Below, piece after piece: positions 48,300 through 60,262 of a stretch of 64,000 bases of DNA. Below the pieces are notes generated by a model that was not told the DNA's origin, ran no database searches, and was given only the letters and a program-made list of their open reading frames with translations. The DNA is taken from NCBI GenBank assembly GCA_964270895.1, contig OZ185440.1. One strand, given 5' to 3'. Within the stretch, counting starts at the first letter, position 1, and every line of letters starts with the position of its first letter. The position numbers and the translations under genes were made by a program. This DNA is from Podarcis filfolensis (taxonomy: Eukaryota).

Positions 48300-49190
48300 G
48301 TGTTCAAATCAAAAGATTCCAGGGCAATGTACAACATTAAGAAGACGTTTTACAGAGCATAATACTAAAAACATAATAAAAACCATAATACAAAAATAAT
48401 AATAAAATAACCATAACAACAGTCTCTGCCCCCCACCTCCACCCCCCAGCTTTAACAGGCCATAGATTATATAATGGCCAACACCATGGGTAAAGAGGAA
48501 TGTTTTGGCTGGCACTTAAAGATAAATAATGATGGTGTCAGGTGAGCCTCTCTAGGGAAAGCATTCCACAGACAGGGAGCCACCACAGAAAAGGCCCATT
48601 CTCATGTTGCCACCCTCTGAATCTCCTGAGGACTTAGAGAAGGGCCTCGGGTGACAAGCACAGGGTCCAGGTCGGCTCATATCGGGAGAGGTGGTCTTCA
48701 TAAAGTATTGAGGTCCTGAGCTGTGTAAGGCTTTATAGGGAAGTGGATGGCATTGTGGTCTAAACTACTGAGCCTCTTGGGCTTGCCGATCGGAAGGTTG
48801 GCGGTTCGAATCCACGTGGCAAGGTGACCTCCCGTTGCTCTGTCCCAGCTCCTGCCAACCTAGCAACTCAAAAGCACACCAGTGCAAGTAGATAAATAGG
48901 TACCGCTGTGGTGGGAAGGTAAACAGTGTTTCAGTGTGCTGTGGCACTCCTCACGGTGCCCCGTTGCGCCAGAAGTGGTTTAGTCCTGCTGGTCACATGA
49001 ACCAGAAAGCTGTCTGTGGACAAATGCCAGCTCCCTTGTCCTGAAGCGAGATGAGCGCCACACCCCATAATCAACTTTGACTGGAAATAACCATCCAGGG
49101 GTCCTTTTTGCCTTTGCCCCCTTTACCTTTAGAGGTCAACACCAGCACATTGAAACTACTTGGCGGCCAGTGCAGCTGGGCCCAGATTTC
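48300..49190 (-). mobile_element. L2 LINE 3' fragment interrupted by a Sauria SINE
   Basis: agggagccaccacagaaaaggccc...aaggctttata[SINE]ctttagaggtcaacaccagcac, the reverse complement of L2 RT-end sequence. Confidence 0.78.
48738..49130 (+). mobile_element. Sauria SINE, older/diverged subfamily
   Basis: ggcattgtggtctaaactactgagcc...ggttcgaatcc...cctttaccttt; approximate TSD ctttatag/ctttagag. Confidence 0.85.
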
Positions 49191-49735
49191 TAGTTGTCCT
49201 GGTGGATTTTTATGCATTGCAGCCTTTTTAGGAATTTAGTGCCAATACTACCGTATTGCAAAATGGCAGAACCTGGATTAGCTATCTGCATGGCAATTAG
49301 TAATCTGCAGTTGTGACCCTCCCCCACTGTCAGTCCAGTCTGTCAGGGAGTATGCATGCGTGTGCTTTCCTGGTAAGTATTTTCCATTCTTATCTGCAAC
49401 ACACCAGAAAATCTCTTCAAAAGACTCTCTTGTGCAGTTGCCTGGTTACAGCATTATTGTTTCGTCTCCTGAATAATAATGAGTTAGATTTTAAGCCTTC
49501 CCACTTTGCTCAGCTCTGTGCAGCAGACATAGAGATTAAAGATGGATAACGTAACGTAGAAAGGTATGGCTTTAGGTAGCTTAAGAATGACATTTCCCTC
49601 TTTTGGGCCAGATCTATCGTCGTCTACCTTTAGTATATGTTTTCCCAAAACAAGCGATGTAGTCCAGTATCTAAAAATTCTTCAATATATTCAGAGTGCT
49701 GCCCCATGTCATAATAAATTAATATTTAATATTTT

Positions 49736-49996
49736 GAGAGCCAGTGTGGTGTAGTGGTTAAGAGCGGTAGTCTTGTAATCTGGGGAACCGGGTTCGCGTC
49801 TCCGCTCCTCCACATGCAGCTGCTGGGTGACCTTGGGCCAGTCACACTTCTCTGAAGTCTCTCAGCCCCGCTCACCTCACAGAGTGTTTGTTGTGGGGGA
49901 GGAAGGGAAAGGAGATTGTTAGCCGCTTTGAGACTCCTGAAGGGGAGTGAAAGGCGGGATATCAAGTCCAAACTCTTCTTCTTCTTCTTCTTCTTT
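49736..49996 (+). mobile_element. Young tRNA-derived CORE-type SINE with (CTT)n tail (Squam3-like)
   Basis: A box TGGTGTAGTGG, B-box-like GGTTCGCGTCT, CORE-like gggtgaccttgggccagtcac, L2-like end agccgctttgag...ggcgggatatc, (CTT)n; CpGs retained. Family name is from memory. Confidence 0.75.
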
Positions 49997-50175
49997 ATAT
50001 TTGGTAATGTGATTTTTATTATCAAAATCTCAATACTGAGACTTCCTGAAATATGGAGGGAAGCATCAGAATCATGTGCTTTGTCATAACAGTGTATCTA
50101 GTAGGTGGGGAAACTGGTGAGATAATAAATACCCGACAAATTCTACAGGGACACATTTCATAGCAGGCTGTAAAG

Positions 50176-50573
50176 CAGGGGTCAGCAACCTAAGGCCCAT
50201 GGGCTGGTAGCGGTCCACGAGGCTTGTCTAACCAGCCCACTCTTACCGGCGCAGCGTGGGGACTGACTTCTGGGTTAATGGTGCCTGTGCGCATGCACAC
50301 GGGTGCTCCTCCAACCCGGATGTGCGCCGGAAATAGCGTACGCACATGTGTGGGATGGAGAAGCGCCTGTGCGCATGCACATACACTATTTCCAGCACAC
50401 TTCTGGGTTGGAGGAGCGCCCGTGTTGGAGGAGCGCCGGAAATAAATAGCACGTGTGCATGTGCACGGGCGCTGCTCCGACCCGGAAGAGCACATGTGCA
50501 CACATGCTCTTGCCCATCCTCCGACGGTCGTAGTGTCGAGCCACCCATCCTCGGATAAGGTTGCCGACCTTTG
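50176..50573. mobile_element. hAT MITE with internal palindromic repeats
   Basis: CAGGGGTCAGCAACC...GGTTGCCGACCTTTG with perfect 8-bp TSD CTGTAAAG. Confidence 0.88.
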
Positions 50574-51462
50574 CTGTAAAGGGTTGTGCCAACCTCCCCA
50601 GAACCTTTTTCACCATGGGAATTCTTTCAGCTGGGGTTGTCAGCCCGCTAAAGGTTTTTTAAAACTGATTTATCATTTTCGTCTTTTCCAGTTTGTCAAT
50701 TACCTAGAAATTTGGCGGGTGGGGTGGGATGGGAAGGTGGCATGGGGTGGGGAACGGAATAGAGTATCCCGAAGGAGGGTGGCTGCCTAGCTGAACAGGA
50801 GCACTCCTGTTCGGAGGTAAGGCTGCACTGCATTTTGTTGCCAGTTGCTTTGTATTAACAAAGCCTCCACAAAGGTGCCTTTTGAGATACTAAAGGACGT
50901 GTTAATATAATGTATGACTTAATGAACAAGAGATACTACTTAAGAAAGGTCTTTTAATAGCTGAAAAATTGTTACCCTTACAGTAACGTATCAGAACCCA
51001 AGGAGCCTTGAAAAAGAAACATAAGTGTCCTTAACATTCAGACTCACTGATTAAAATTGTCCCCCCCCCCACCTTGATTTATCAACAGACTAAGCTGATT
51101 AAAACTTGCATTCTGAGTTACACCATTAAGGAAGGCAAAAAACCTAACAAGCTCCTTCTAAAAATAACTTGTTTTTGCAAGTAAAATCACGGCTGCAAAA
51201 TGCACAGGCTGTTACGGCTCAGTGCATTATTTGTGTAAGGTAACTTCCCTGTTGTATAGTACTGAAGCATGAAAATATAATCTGAATTTTTAAATGCACA
51301 AAACTATAGCCCACTCAAATTGCTGCATAATAGTGAACTCTTTACTACGCGCACTCAACGATGACTCAAACCTTTGGGATGCTGGAATACCAGCTGAGAA
51401 TCGTTTACATTTTATCCAGTGGTGCACCTTCAGTGTTGTTAGGTTACATTGGTCCTGTTTAA

Positions 51463-51729
51463 CAGGGCTGTCTTACACATATGCAACGCAGCGCCCCCCT
51501 CCCCCAGGTTGCCCAGTCCCAGGCGCACAGGAGTGTGGAGCCACCCACCCGCCTCAGCATCTCACTGGCTCGGTCGCCCCCGAACTTGCTGTGCAAAGCG
51601 GCGCTCCAACCAATGGGTGGGCTCTTCCCCAGACTCAACTTTTCGGCCCCGGACTCTCAGCCTGGCACCCCTGAGAGCCTGGAGCCAGGGTGCCCTGCAC
51701 CCCTAGCGCTTATGGGTAAGACGGGCCTG
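51463..51729. mobile_element. hAT MITE, GC-rich
   Basis: TIRs CAGGGCTGTCTTA / TAAGACGGGCCTG; perfect 8-bp TSD CTGTTTAA. Confidence 0.85.
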
Positions 51730-52710
51730 CTGTTTAACTTGATATGTTACAAGTGCATGGTTTTCTTCCACACATGTGGAAGATGGAGTGTTTCATTCAC
51801 TCAGTTTTTTCTTCAAATGAACGAAACAGTATAGTTTACCTTTTATCCCTGGCAAGCACATACTTGGTTTGTTGAACATTAAAACTAGCCTATTCTTTCC
51901 AAGCCGTTGTTGTTGTTACAGCAGGGTTGGTGCCTGTTTCCCCCCAAATAGCATTAAATTGGAGTGTTGCTCTACCTCCTCCTTAGTATGTAAGTGTGAG
52001 CATCCAGATAACCTTATTGTCTGTTCCTTGTGTAATATATTTGGAACCCCTGCCCTTACCTTATATTTGACATTCCTGTTGAGCCCAGTAGGATTGGGTT
52101 TGTGGCACCTTACGCTGACTGTGGACCAACTAGGTTCTCATGCTTCTGGCTTGGCTGTGCTAGTTCTTGGTCACGGAAAAAAAGCAGCTGAACAAACAAA
52201 GCGATTTGTCAGAAATTCAGAATTTTCCTGGGAAAGTACTGTCAAGTTTGCAGCTATTTTCCCCGAGGATGAAATTTAGTAAAATGCTATTTCAGGCATG
52301 TTTGTGTGTGTTGTTGTGTTTCCGGATCTTATAATTCTGCTTGCATCTGTTCTTGACATCCATTCCGTTCTGATATATTCCAGAAAGTCTTGCTTGTGTA
52401 GCTGCACCTTCTTTGCATTACTTGGTTGTGTTTCCATTATCTATATTGCCCTAGAAACTATTTGGCACTTACATAATGCCACTACACAAAAGTGTGATTT
52501 GTGGGAGTCTTAGCTTTGGAGTGGGCCTTCCATACTGCAATAGTAGGGTTTCCTACATTTGTCATAGCCAACTGACTTTCCCTTTGGAAAGAAAACCAAT
52601 TTACTCCCATAAGGAAAAAGGAAACTAAACATCACTGTTTGCTGTGATGTATCACACAATTCTTTCTTTAGTGTGACCTAAACAAAGCTTTTAGCTTTAC
52701 ATTTCATATA

Positions 52711-52961
52711 CAGTCATACCTTGGTTTTCAAACAGCTTAGTTCTCGAACGTTTTGGCTCCTGAACCCTGCAAACCGGAAAGTGAGTGTTCCGGTTTTCAA
52801 ACGTTCTTTTGGAAGCTGAACATCCAGCAGGGCTTCCACGGCTTCCAGTTTGCTGCAGGAGTTTCCTGCAGCCAATCAGAAGCCATGCTTTGGTTTCCAA
52901 ACGTTTTGGAAGTTGAACAGATTTCCGGAATGGATTCTGTTCAACTTCCAAGGTACGACTG
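52711..52961. mobile_element. Tigger-like MITE family B
   Basis: TA|CAGTCATACCTTGG...CCAAGGTACGACTG|TA. Confidence 0.85.
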
Positions 52962-53682
52962 TACTAGTAGACACAAGTGCTTTTTGAAGAGATGGGTTGA
53001 GAACCCAGATCTCTGGTATAACAGAACACATTTTCATCAACATTCTATCATGGCCTCTTAGACTGAATGTGTTAACCATATGTTAATGCTTAAATCAAAC
53101 CATCTTCCATAGTTTCCTTTTGTGGGGAAAGTTTCCTATTGTCATCAGCTCTTGCTATTTTTAAATAACTCAAAAACCTCTTTATTTCTTCATTGCTAAC
53201 TTCTGTGACTTTTCTTTCCCTGGGATTATGTGAATGTTGTAGTGTTTAGACGCAATATAACTTTTATATACCCAATGAGTATAGCAAGAGAGTTTGACTT
53301 GAAGGTTTGATAATAAAACCAGGATCCGTAGTGGGACTAATAGCCCAAGGGGAAAGTTGTACAGAAGTTTAGTTCCATTTCTTTAATGCATCGCTTGGGG
53401 AAAGAAAATAGATTTCCTGCTGAAGAACATGAAATATATACATTATTCCTTTGTGGGAATATTTGTGGGCAGTGAAGTAACTTGAGGCCTCTGGAATCCT
53501 TGGAATTCCTGCTGAACTCTTTAAAATGTATTAAACTAGGCATTCTGTTACTGCTGCTGCTCTTTAGCATCATCTGGAGAATAGCCTATTCTGTCTGGCT
53601 GAAACAAGGCATCTCTTTACCATACTGGAAAGAAGTGTATTATAATTATCCATTAGAAATTAATTTGCAGTGTCTATAGGAC

Positions 53683-53685
<3 letters not shown>

Positions 53686-53733
<48 letters not shown>

Positions 53734-53751
53734 CTTCCCCCCCCCCCCCCC
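53686..53751. repeat. (CT)n microsatellite followed by poly-C
   Basis: Directly visible polypyrimidine run. Confidence 0.95.
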
Positions 53752-54398
53752 AGTTTTTGGCCCCTGTCTTTGTTTTAGTCTTTCTACTCTGGATAAGCAT
53801 AAGATAAAAACAATAGGTTGGCTTTGTTCCTAGTTGCTCAGCGGTGGAACAATTTTCACTCCTTCCTGCTTGCAGCATTTGCGAGAATTCAGGCACCCAT
53901 GTTTATTAGTACCAAGGGCATCGTGCATTTATTTTGTCCAGAAATGGATAGATATTAAAACATGCACCTCACTTTCATGCTTTTCGTCAATCACTTCATT
54001 CTCCTCAACTTATAATATTGTAAGCAGGAAAATAAGCTTCTTTTCTGTTTTGGTTTCTGAGAAGAACAAATTGTGACTGTTTCATTATCATAAGCTACAT
54101 CTTTAGCGTGTGCTCCTGGATCCTTGTTTCTGATAAATTATTTATTGTCAAGAAAAACATCTTAATGTTGTGAGGAATCGAGGTATATTCTGACGGAGGT
54201 GCTGGCATTCAGAAATGATTACATCACAAGGTGTTTATTGAAGTAGGTCCTCTTCACAGGAGATATGTGAACTGTAAAGTGAGGACAAAGGGCTGTTTCC
54301 TTATTCACCTAGTTTTGAGACTGATCCTTAGACAAATACTGACAGAAATTTATTAATGTCCTTATTTAGTAGAACACTATGTTTTCTTCCCTTAACAG

Positions 54399-54452
54399 AA
54401 ATCTGGTGAAGAAGTACTGTCCTAAACGTTCATCCAAAGATGAAGAACCCAG
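54399..54452 (+). CDS. FNBP1L: FNBP1L exon 3 (54 nt)
   Basis: ttcttcccttaacag|AAATCTG...CCCAG|gtaaaa; (R)NLVKKYCPKRSSKDEEP(R); phase 2 to 2. Confidence 0.97.
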
Positions 54453-56738
54453 GTAAAATGAGCATTAGTTTTCTATTGTCTGTCAGGAAGAAAAATATCA
54501 CAGAGTTCAATTACTGTTATTCTCTGGAAATACTTTGAATGAGGGCCTCAGTCCTAAATATTTTTACACGTCTGTGTACCTTTGTGATAGGCTGGTGTGT
54601 TTTGTTTACCTCCACTTGCGTGGTAATAAGCTCAGTTTAATTCAATAGGACTTACTTGCAAGTAGACCTAGTTAGGATTGTTCCATTAATTTCATACCAG
54701 CTTACATCAGAGTTTGGTTTTTAATGACCAAATATAAGGGTTCTGTATTCAGAAATCAGAAAGCGAAGGCATTATTAACACTTTCTGCCCTGCTTTCCAA
54801 AGGATGTTGAATATTTAAGTTTTGAGATCATGTTTAACTATTCTGAGAATCCCTAACATGTAGCTTTGCTGTGAATTCTAAGACTTGGTTCTCACACACA
54901 GCAGATGAGGAAGTAAATTAGACTCTGGACTGTACCACATATTTTAGGTAGGAAGTAATGGTTGAATGCTCTACCACCCAAAAGAAATTTCATATGAAGA
55001 AAACTGGCATATTGGGAAGAATGCTAGAATTCTTCTCCCTTGACATCTAATTTTCTTTGAGGAGTTAATCAGTAGTATTCTGCATTACTACTCCTCATAA
55101 GTAGCCCCATTGAAGTTAATTGACATGGCTAACTTAGGTTGAGAAATTTTAGCGGATCTGGTCTAAGTAGGACTTAGTTGAATATCACCAAGTGTTTCGT
55201 AGGGAGAATTGCCAAACCACACAATCTCCCATCCGGTATCTGAAATAGGTAAAGCCCAGAAGCTGTTTTATCTCCTCATTTTTGCTGTTTTGCCAACTAG
55301 ACCTGAATTCATTATTTTAGCAATGTTCTTTTTGTTGCATTTCTAGACACCAGCCATGGCACATTAATTTTCTTTAGCTCAAAGCCAAACTTAAGTATGG
55401 TGACACTTTGCAGTGTCAGCGCTCCCTGATTAAAAGGGGGTGAGTTGAGTGCTACAAAGTGTGTGTTTTTTGGGAAAAGGTTCCTTTGTGAAGCTGTACA
55501 TTGAAAATACTATAGAGGAACGCTGCAAAGCTGTATGTCCTTGTCAGTCTTGGCTTGTTGGGTGGGGTAACTTTCTCTCTATTCTGTACTTTATATAGTT
55601 AACAGTCTTTCAGCATAGTATAAGGGAAAAAATAGCAAACACTCACCAACAACAACCTACTAACATTGATTGCTTGGCCATCCTTAACACAGGGGCGGGG
55701 AGTGAAATTCAGGTTATGTTATTCCATTATTACCAGTGTGGACAGCACAGGAAGCATCAATTTTTTCAGATGCCCTGGTCGGAGATTGTTCAAGGCTGAT
55801 TTTACAATTGAAGGCTGTCACTGAAGGAAGACAGTATTCACTGGGTTACAAGAGACCAAATTTGGTCATCTAGCCCAAAATCCAATTATCGATGAGATTT
55901 AAGTTTCATCAGCCAAACACTATTTCTCATGGAAGATCATTTTGAGCCCCTCTGCTTCATTTTAACCTTTTTTTTTAAAAAAAGAACAAAACAAAACACA
56001 AACCTAGATGACAGGACTTCCAGAAGCTGATATGGAGCTCAAGACCTGAACATTTAAAAGAGATGGCAAACATTCCACAGGCTTATGAGGTCTTAAACAA
56101 AAATAAAAAAAATACAGTGACATGTTTGTTTGTTTCTCCCTTCCGTACACATTTTCTCCCCTTATTTTTTCCTCCTCCTTCCCACCCTGCTCCCCCCTTT
56201 GTTTTAGTGCCAGCAATAGTGTGGCACCCTTCCCCTCCAACCAAAGAGGTGAGCAGGCAAACAGGCAGCTGTCTTCAGAGCTGGTAGCAAACTTGTTCAG
56301 TAGATCCATCCATCGGGGTGCATAGGAGTGGCATAGTTGGCATGTTCCACCCTCAAGATCAAGCAAAATCATCTCTGCAACAAGTTCAGCTTCCCAAGCC
56401 TAGGAAATTAAGTCCTTTCCTAGGCTCAGTCCTCCTTCCATTTCGCATCTTAGGAGATACCACTATACTGCAGGGCTTTCCAGGTAGTGTTCTTTACTCT
56501 TTTCTACCTTTTGAAATCTGTTTTCATTTAAAAAAACAACAACAACCAATGTGCGTGAAGAGAAGTGTATTTGGGGCATCTCCACTGTTCATCTTTCTGC
56601 AATTCGTTTTATCAAGGTTGTACCCCATGCTAACTGTGACATGTTTTATGGTCCATTTATGGAACAAAAGCTGTAACTTCCGGATAAACAGAAACATGAC
56701 ATTTGTTTCCCTCCTTCTTCTTCACTGTGTATTGCCAG

Positions 56739-56886
56739 GTTTACCTCATGTATAGCCTTTTATAATATCCTTAACGAGTTAAACGACTACGCGGGACAGA
56801 GAGAAGTAGTAGCAGAAGAACTGGGACATAGGGTATATGGAGAACTGATGAGATATTCCCATGAACTCAAAACAGAAAGGAAAATG
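56739..56886 (+). CDS. FNBP1L: FNBP1L exon 4 (148 nt)
   Basis: attgccag|GTTTACC...AAAATG|gtaaat; FTSCIAFYNILNELNDYAGQREVVAEELGHRVYGELMRYSHELKTERKM; phase 2 to 0. Confidence 0.98.
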
Positions 56887-57369
56887 GTAAATCACGAGGG
56901 GTTCACGATTGTAGAATTTATGCGATTATTCTTTTCACTGTTCTCAAGGTCTCGTCTGTTCGACCAACTCTTCTTCGGTGTAGTAGTGGTGCACAAATTT
57001 GAGTTGCATGGTTTTTTCCATACTTCTGTGACAAGAGAACAGTGTACCACAAAAGCACGCATGCTTCTGAACCAAATGAAAGGCCGCCCAATTTAATAAA
57101 GCATTGCTTGCTATGTTATCTTTCAGAATGTTAGTGTTTGTGCAGTGCATTCCTCCAGGTGCCTGCAAGCCAGTCGCACTGCAGCGCATTAAGGAATAAC
57201 GGCTTGTCCCTTACTTGGGTGTGTTTTAGGATTGCAGCCTTTTTTTTTTACTTCGATTGTATGCCTCCTCAGGTGTTATGGAGAGTCGGAATACAAATGA
57301 CTGAAATAAATAACTTTGTGTTTTTGATTCTGTGGACAACTGTTGTCTGTTGTAAAGGCATTTAAAGTA

Positions 57370-57611
57370 CAGTCGTACCTTGGTTCTGGAATGCCTTGCG
57401 ACTTGAACGTTTTGGCTCCCGAACGCCGCAAACCCGGAAGTGAATATTGCAGTTTGCAAACCTTTTTTGGAAGCCAAACGTCTGACGCAGCTTCCGATTG
57501 AGTGCAAGAAGCTCCTGCAGCCAATCGGAAGCTGAGCCTTGGTTTTTTAACCTATCTGGAAGTTGAACGGACTTCCAGAACGGATTCCGGTTGAGAACCA
57601 AGGTACGACTG
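57370..57611. mobile_element. Tigger-like MITE family B
   Basis: TA|CAGTCGTACCTTGG...CCAAGGTACGACTG|TA. Confidence 0.87.
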
Positions 57612-58332
57612 TATCTTTTAATTCTCACATATTGGTCTGAGAATTAAAACGTGTGTCACAGCCCAGAGCCATGCATTTAAGGGAGCTGCACGTGCATTCG
57701 CTGGTCTTTGCCACTGTACGCCAAGTTATTTTTATTCAGATTATAAAGTCATGAGCCTGGGCCCTTGTAGATTTGAATGTTGCTGTCTGGTGCTTGGAAC
57801 ATTTTAGGTGCTTTTAGAATAAAATGCTAACCAATGATACTGTTATGAAGATGCTGTTGAGTTTTAATAGCTTGACCCCATCAGGCACAGGAGATGCGGT
57901 ATCAAAAACTAAAAGACAAAGCCCCAACTGCACTCATGGTGCAGTTTTCTTGTGCACATTTATAATGTCACCATAGAAATAAGGTAATATTTTCAAGTAG
58001 AACTGATGTTTGTCCAATTGTTTCACTTTAACAAAATGGGTGGAAATCCAGTTCCTTCTGCTGTATTTCAGTAGATTGGAGAGCAGTGGAAAGTGTGGAA
58101 CGTTTTTCTTTTGGAGGAAGCAATGTGCATTGTGGTTTGCTAAAACAGGTTTGTTTCCTCCATGCAGTAGTGAGGAGAAAATAAACAGACCAAAGTAGGT
58201 TTACTTTGAGGTGCAAACTAGGCCACTGTTGTTGTTTGGGTTTCTTTAGTACACACAAGTAAAAGACTGTAAATACCATATCACATTTTCAAAGAAAAAG
58301 AAATTAAAACCCTCTCGTTCGTAATTTCGCAG

Positions 58333-58395
58333 CACCTTCAAGAGGGTCGAAAGGCTCAGCAGTATCTTGACATGTGTTGGAAGCAGATGGATAAT
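58333..58395 (+). CDS. FNBP1L: FNBP1L exon 5 (63 nt)
   Basis: atttcgcag|CACCTT...GATAAT|gtaagt; HLQEGRKAQQYLDMCWKQMDN; phase 0 to 0. Confidence 0.98.
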
Positions 58396-59067
58396 GTAAG
58401 TTTTCTTCTCTCTTCTCGCCCCTATCTTTTCCTGTTTACTTTTAGGATTACAAAGTTTGGTGGGCAATTGTTCAAGAAATTAACTGAAGATTAGCTTTGT
58501 TATCATTGTTATCTTTGTTAAATAGACTAGATAGATTGCTCTGTTTGCAGAGATTATTACAGCTCATAACTTCTCAGTGTGCAACCTATTACACAATTCA
58601 ATGCGCAGTTCAACAGGAATTCTGCCTTCAAGGATTTACAGACTTCAACTATGTCAGAATTTATTGAAAATGCCTCCCAGCTCTATGATTCTTAACATGG
58701 TTGCTGAAATCAGCCCCCAGCACAGTAGAATGGAAGATCTAAATATATGTTGCTTTCGGGATCTTTTAAAAACAAGTGAGAATTTTGCAAGTGTCTTTTA
58801 TTAGGCTTGAATTATAACTTCAGTGTTCATTTACTTTTTTGTTTGGCTTTGCATAAAAATCAAAATGAACTACGTAAGACAAAACCTCACTTTTGTTTAA
58901 AAGTTGTCAGTCATAGTATAATAGAAATTAGTGGGATTCCACCATATTAAATAGTTGAGTGAGAGCAAGTATATGAGTGTTTATATGGGTATACACATGT
59001 GAACTTTAGTGTGTCTTTTTATAGTATTTTGTAAAACAACAACAACATGATGATGTTACCATTGCAG

Positions 59068-59172
59068 AGTAAAAAGAAGTTTGAGAGAGAGTGCAGAGAA
59101 GCAGAAAAAGCACAGCAATGTTTTGAGAGACTGGACAATGATACTAATGCCACTAAAGCAGATGTTGAAAAG
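59068..59172 (+). CDS. FNBP1L: FNBP1L exon 6 (105 nt)
   Basis: ccattgcag|AGTAAA...GAAAAG|gtaaat; [35 protein letters not shown]; phase 0 to 0. Confidence 0.98.
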
Positions 59173-59177
59173 GTAAA

Positions 59178-59178
<1 letters not shown>

Positions 59179-59220
<42 letters not shown>
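59179..59220. repeat. (ATT)14 microsatellite next to the exon 6 donor
   Basis: Begins at intron position +7. Confidence 0.95.
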
Positions 59221-59224
<4 letters not shown>

Positions 59225-60262
59225 TCCTATTACGGTATTTGCATTTTTTCAAATAATGCTATCTTTTTAAAACTTAATGTACCAGCCAAGGGGACAGTGA
59301 ATCAGTGGCTGCATTCAGACATCATGTTTTGTTATTCTCCAAAGGTTCGGAGGATCAGGAACAAATTCTGTGTGTACGTGTCCCAACACCACCACCTTCA
59401 TAGGGCCTAGTTTATTAGAACGGTTTCTCATTTGATCAAGTCATGGTTTGCTGTTACATCTGAATTGCCAGAGCGTGGTTTGTGCAATCTCTTCAAACCA
59501 GAATCGCAAGCCACAGTTTGCTCTTGGTTTGCCGTTCTGTTTTGGAGGGTTTGCCAAAGCCATAATTTGCCGATTCAGAAGTAGCAGAGAACTGTGGCTT
59601 GATCGACCAGGACGTTTTGTCCAGTGGAAGTTGCAGTTTTCTGGATGGTATCATCTTGGTTGCCACTGGTGAAAAGAAAACTTTAGTGGCTGAAATAGGA
59701 ACTTTCAGCAATATGGGGTTGTGTGCCATATTTGTTGAAATGAATGGAATTGTACAAGTAATGTTGGTGAGACAATCACATATTGTCTCTCTTTCTATAC
59801 GTGTACATGGCAGTTCCTTATTTTTGGTCATTTTAAAATGTTTTGTTTGAGAATAGCATGGAGAGATGTACATGCCCAGCTTAAAAGATGCTTTTCTCTA
59901 AATAAGAACAAGCTACTACAAATGTTTTGGAGTGGTTATGAATGTTTATAAAGAGAAGTTTATATACCTTAGGTTGTATTCAAAGTCCTGTGGTTCCTCC
60001 AATCCACTGAAGCATATTTGGGTACAACACAGGGCATACACAGGGGAACAAAAGGTGGAAAAGTCATTCCGCTCATGCATTTATATAGTTGAATACTGTC
60101 TACTGATCCTGCAAATGCTAATGTAAGGTAAAGGATACAAGGGCATCTCCAGGGCTCATGAAAGGTGGTGGCATTTCACTTACAATGACCATGTTGCTAA
60201 GTAAGATTTTGTTTAAGCAGAAGACTTCCAGAAAACACTGTCATTGAACTGTCTCTTATTAG

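Noticed and set aside
24725-49830. tRNA-like sequences at 24810-24886, 27370-27428 and 49736-49810 as tRNA genes
   Set aside because: Degenerate arms, directly fused to LINE-derived tails; these are SINE heads.
50705-50760. G-rich tract with G-quadruplex potential
   Set aside because: Such tracts are common (also at 16170-16440 and 23695) and nothing here indicates function.
58551-58698. Exon-like segment between FNBP1L exons 5 and 6
   Set aside because: The phase-0 frame hits a stop and the donor (gttgct) is poor; no supporting evidence.
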